Shown: positions 60,685-64,000 of the stretch, piece after piece
Position numbering within the stretch: the stretch's first letter is position 1
Layout of the letters: every line of letters begins with the position of its first letter
NCBI GenBank assembly: GCA_963555995.3
Contig: OY821641.1
Location: 2,784,001-2,848,000, forward strand
Length of the DNA stretch: 64,000 nt
Origin: Vicinamibacteria bacterium
GTDB lineage: Bacteria > Acidobacteriota > Vicinamibacteria > Marinacidobacterales > Marinacidobacteraceae
Reading direction: 5' to 3'
Made by a program: the position numbers and the translations under genes
Notes under the pieces: generated by a model
Databases searched by the model: none
What the model was told of the DNA's origin: nothing
Seen by the model: only the letters and a program-made list of their open reading frames with translations

Positions 60685-61707
60685 ATGGTCCGACTCGTAC
60701 ACGCTGGCGCCGCCTCGCTCATTCTTGCCCTCGCTGCGCAGGCGGCGGCGCAACCGCCCCCGGAGGTCCACCTCATCGGCACCGGGGGCACCATCTCCGG
60801 GGGCGCGGGCGGGCCGCTGAACGCCGGCGACCTCCGCGCCGCGCTGCCGGGCCTCGATTCCGTGGCTTCCGTCACCACCGAGGACTTCGTCCGCATCGGA
60901 AGTTCCCGGATGCATCCGGAACTCCAGTTCCAGCTCGCGGAGCGGATCGGCGCGGTCTTCGCCGAGCGGCCGGAACTGGCCGGGATCGTGGTGACCCACG
61001 GCACCGACTCGCTCGAGGAGACCGCGTTCCTGCTGGACCTCGTGCTGCCGTCCGGTCGTCCGGTCGTGTTCGCCGCCGCCCAGCGCCCGCCCCGGTACGA
61101 GGACTCGGACGGGCCGCGCAACCTGCTCGACGCGATCCGGGTCGCCGGTTCGGAACGAGGTCGCGGCCTGGGCGTGCTCGTCGTCCTGAACGGCCAGGTC
61201 CACGCCGCGCGCGAGGTGAAGAAGACCCACTCCATTGCCCTTCACGCGTTCGCCTCCCCGGACACCGGGCCGGTCGGCGCGGTGGACGAGGGGACGCTGC
61301 TGCTCTTCACGACTCCGGCCCGCCGCCTCCACCTTCCCGCCGCGCGCGTCGAGCCGGAGGTGGAACTGGTGCGGCTCACCGCCGGCGGCGGCGCCACCTC
61401 GATTCGCGCGGCGGCCCAGGCTGGCGCCCGGGGCCTGGTCGTGGAGGTGTTCGGCCGCGGCAACGCACCGCCGCCGGTCGCCGAGGCGGTGGATGCGGCG
61501 ATTCAGGCCGGCGCGGTGGTGGTGTTCGTGACCCGCACCGGGGCCGGCCGGGTGGTGCTCTCGGACGCCCAGCGGGAGCGGGGAATCCTTTCCGGGGGGG
61601 ACCTCGACGGCCTGAAGGCCCGCATCCTGCTCACCGTGGCGCTCGGCGCTGGACGGACCGCCGAAGAGATCGGCGCAGCCTTCTCGAGGCTGTCGGGCGC
61701 CGGGTAA
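60685..61707 (+). CDS. L-asparaginase/glutaminase family protein with signal peptide
   Basis: TGGTIS, THGTDSLEETA, SDGPRNL, FGRGN, KARILL. Confidence 0.92.
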   Translation: MVRLVHAGAASLILALAAQAAAQPPPEVHLIGTGGTISGGAGGPLNAGDLRAALPGLDSVASVTTEDFVRIGSSRMHPELQFQLAERIGAVFAERPELAGIVVTHGTDSLEETAFLLDLVLPSGRPVVFAAAQRPPRYEDSDGPRNLLDAIRVAGSERGRGLGVLVVLNGQVHAAREVKKTHSIALHAFASPDTGPVGAVDEGTLLLFTTPARRLHLPAARVEPEVELVRLTAGGGATSIRAAAQAGARGLVVEVFGRGNAPPPVAEAVDAAIQAGAVVVFVTRTGAGRVVLSDAQRERGILSGGDLDGLKARILLTVALGAGRTAEEIGAAFSRLSGAG

Positions 61708-61729
61708 CCGGGGGCTCCGCGGCGGTTGG

Positions 61730-62650
61730 TCAGCGGAGCACGAGGCGGAGGGGCGGCCCCTCCCCGCGGGAGAGAACGACGGCTTCCGACGGCTCGAGCG
61801 TGACGACGGTGTAGTCCCCGACCCGGTCGCCGACCGCGACCAGGGTGGTCTCTCCCCGGTAGAAGAGGGCGGCCCGGACGGGAGTGCCGACACCGACGTC
61901 CACGAAGCCGTGGAGCTCCGGAGTTTCGGAGCGCGGCTCGGGCGGCGAGGTGGCCGTGTCGGGAGGCCGGTCGGGCAGGTCTTCCACGCCGTGATCCACC
62001 GCGGGCCCCGGCTCCGCCTCGACCGGCCCGGCGGCGGCCAGGGAAGCCGCCGCGTCCGGCCCCGGAACCGTCTCCAGCCAGGCGGCCAGTGCCTCCAGCC
62101 GCGGATCGTCCCCCAGCCGGCCCGCGTCCGCCGCCGTGAACGCCGCCGCCGGATCCGGCCACAGGACGAGAACCGACGCGGTGAGCGTGCCGAGGCCGCC
62201 CCGGACCCCGAGGGTCGCCCGCTCGACGCGGAGCGGCCATCCCCTCCCCTCCACAGCGGCCAGGAACCGCGACAGCGCATCGGGATCGCCCAGCGCCGTG
62301 ACCCCCGCCTCGGCGCCCAGCTTGCCCTCCGGGGGACGAACCAGTGGCTGGAGCCGGAGCTGCGAGAGGTCCACCCCGCTCACGCCGGCCGTCCGCACCA
62401 GGAACTCGCGGGTCCCCGCGGCGCTCGTGGGTGGCGGGGCCCGGCCGGCGAGCCGCTCCGAGACCCGAAGCAGGCGTTCGCGCCGCTCGCGTTGTTGCGC
62501 CGTCTGGACGCTCTCCCGAGCCGACCGGGTCTGCAGGTCGAACGCCGCGGCCAGATCGGTCGAGGAGTGCCTCGCCTCGCCCCAGACGAGCCAGGCGAGC
62601 GAAACGGACAACAGCGCGAGCAGAACCCGGAGGCGGAGGCGTTGGTCCAT
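61730..62650 (-). CDS. PilO/GspM-like protein with a PilP/GspC-like C-terminal beta domain
   Basis: N-terminal TM and coiled coil, central alpha/beta region, then VAVGDRVGDYTV; position downstream of pilM/N-like genes. Confidence 0.55.
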   Translation of the reverse strand: MDQRLRLRVLLALLSVSLAWLVWGEARHSSTDLAAAFDLQTRSARESVQTAQQRERRERLLRVSERLAGRAPPPTSAAGTREFLVRTAGVSGVDLSQLRLQPLVRPPEGKLGAEAGVTALGDPDALSRFLAAVEGRGWPLRVERATLGVRGGLGTLTASVLVLWPDPAAAFTAADAGRLGDDPRLEALAAWLETVPGPDAAASLAAAGPVEAEPGPAVDHGVEDLPDRPPDTATSPPEPRSETPELHGFVDVGVGTPVRAALFYRGETTLVAVGDRVGDYTVVTLEPSEAVVLSRGEGPPLRLVLR

Positions 62651-62651
62651 G

Positions 62652-62838
62652 TCAGCGGCCGATGGAGAGAGTGACGCGAGCACCGAGAGCGGCGAGGCGC
62701 CCGGCTGACAAGGCGCGTGAGGGAGGAATACCGAGTGTATTCCGACCGAAACGCAACGATGAGGGCCGCGAAGCGGCACCGTTCAGCCGGGATGCATCGG
62801 CGTTCGAATGCCGCGTGACTCTCTTCATCGGCTGCTTA
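62652..62838 (-). mobile_element. 187-bp MITE-like structured element, copy 2 (inverted relative to copy 1)
   Basis: Terminal IR (minus strand) TAAGCAGCCGATGAAGAGAGTCACGCG / CGCGTCACTCTCTCCATCGGCCGCTGA; near-identical core to copy 1. Confidence 0.75.
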
Positions 62839-63372
62839 CCGGCGTATGGCGAGTTGAGCGGTGATGCGGACCAGCGCCGTTCCGTCCGTCTGCCGGGTTT
62901 CGCTGATGACCTCGGTCGAGAGCACGGAATCGTGGCCCGCCAGCTCGGAAAGGAAGGCGGCGACGGCCGCCGCCGAGTCGGCGTCGGCCGCGATGACCGT
63001 CTCGACCCGGCCCGGCCCGGCGGCGGGCCGAACTTCGACACCGGCGACCCGGATTCCGGGCGGGGCGGTTCCCCGCACCGTGTCGAGGGCGACGCTGATG
63101 TCGGGGGCGTCCAGCACTCCCGCGAAGAGGAGGGCGGCCGCCTCCCGAGCCCGGGCCGGCTCGAGCGCCGGCGCAGGGGCCGCGGTTCCCGGCGTGGAGG
63201 AGGCGCCGGGGCCGGAAGACCCGGTGGCCGCGAGGTCCGCCCGCGTTCCCAGGAGCGACGCGCCACCCCAGAAGGACATCAGGAGCCCTCCCACGATCAG
63301 CACGTCGAGGGCCCGCAGGAATCCCGGCCGGGCGCCCTTCCCGAGTTGAATGCCGGCCGGTATGCGAGCCAT
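62836..63372 (-). CDS. PilN/GspL-like protein
   Basis: Single N-terminal TM, then PPGIRV..V and AVAAFLSEL, a PilN-like pattern. Confidence 0.55.
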   Translation of the reverse strand: MARIPAGIQLGKGARPGFLRALDVLIVGGLLMSFWGGASLLGTRADLAATGSSGPGASSTPGTAAPAPALEPARAREAAALLFAGVLDAPDISVALDTVRGTAPPGIRVAGVEVRPAAGPGRVETVIAADADSAAAVAAFLSELAGHDSVLSTEVISETRQTDGTALVRITAQLAIRR

Positions 63373-63373
63373 G

Positions 63374-64000
63374 TCAAGCCTCGGAGACGGCGACGGGGGT
63401 CGGGTGGAGCGGCGCCGGCCGCTCGCCGGCCCGCCGCAGCAGCGCGGCGAGCGCTCCGTCCGTCACCGGAGATACTGCGGGAGTCCCCCCGCCTTCCTTG
63501 GCGTCCCGGGCCTCCACCGGCGGAGGCCCCGCCGAGCGCACGAGATCGGCGACCGCCGCCGCCCCGTTGCCCAGGATCGAGACGGCGTGGCTGCCGCCCT
63601 CGGTGGCCCGCCGGACGGCCAGCGCGGGAGGATCCGGGTCCAGGGCGGCGCGGAGCTTCATCCGGAAGCCCGTGAGACGTTCGCCCGACGCGGTGGCGAG
63701 AACGAAATGGCGCCGATGGAGCAACAGGAGAAGACGCCGGTCCGCCTTGCCCGCGGCGCGTCCCAGCCACTCGGGAAGATGAGCCAGACTCGTGGCGTCC
63801 ACCCACCGCACCCGCAGCCCCGCCGCTTCGGCGGCCGCCTCGTACTGCTGGGCGACCGGCGAACCCGTCACCGCACCGAGCACGGACCGGCGTCCGAAGG
63901 CACCGGAGGCCAGCGTTCCGAACCGGAAGCGCCCGTCGAGTTCGGACGGAGACGGCGCCGAAGTCGTGGCCAACCCCCGGACGAGCTCCGAGCGGAGCCG
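63374..64000 (-). CDS. PilM-like protein, C-terminal part, truncated by window edge
   Basis: QQYEAAAEAAGLRVRWVD resembles the PilM actin-like fold segment; operon context. Confidence 0.5.
   Translation of the reverse strand, partial: RLRSELVRGLATTSAPSPSELDGRFRFGTLASGAFGRRSVLGAVTGSPVAQQYEAAAEAAGLRVRWVDATSLAHLPEWLGRAAGKADRRLLLLLHRRHFVLATASGERLTGFRMKLRAALDPDPPALAVRRATEGGSHAVSILGNGAAAVADLVRSAGPPPVEARDAKEGGGTPAVSPVTDGALAALLRRAGERPAPLHPTPVAVSEA

Noticed and set aside
60351-62838. Composite transposon carrying asparaginase
   Set aside because: No transposase or shared outer TSD, the two copies have different terminal sequences, and the enclosed pilO-like gene belongs to the flanking operon.

Overview
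High-GC, densely coding bacterial chromosomal window. The gene content (DUF5916, PIG-L/SSS, M28 peptidase, paired amidohydrolases, ERG24-like reductase) suggests an Acidobacteriota-like organism, possibly host-associated; this taxonomy is inference only. Core genes include uvrA, the uvrC-trpS-scpA-scpB-(rluB::cmk) cluster, fbaB, katG, glcDEF, dtd, tenA and the end of a pilM/N/O-like operon. Accessory elements are: a complete IS21 inserted into the loop of a REP hairpin inside an 84-bp tandem array; about 20 REP-like hairpins; two 187-bp structured MITE-like elements with compensatory base changes; an orphan array of 12 helically phased TGACC-core motifs; two ATPase-nuclease genes, each with triple direct repeats overlapping its putative -35 box; a DUF5674 gene pair; and tandem secreted OB-fold-like paralogs that share a conserved 5' leader. 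I recognised no rRNA, tRNA or CRISPR array. Family assignments come from motif recognition by eye, not database searches.
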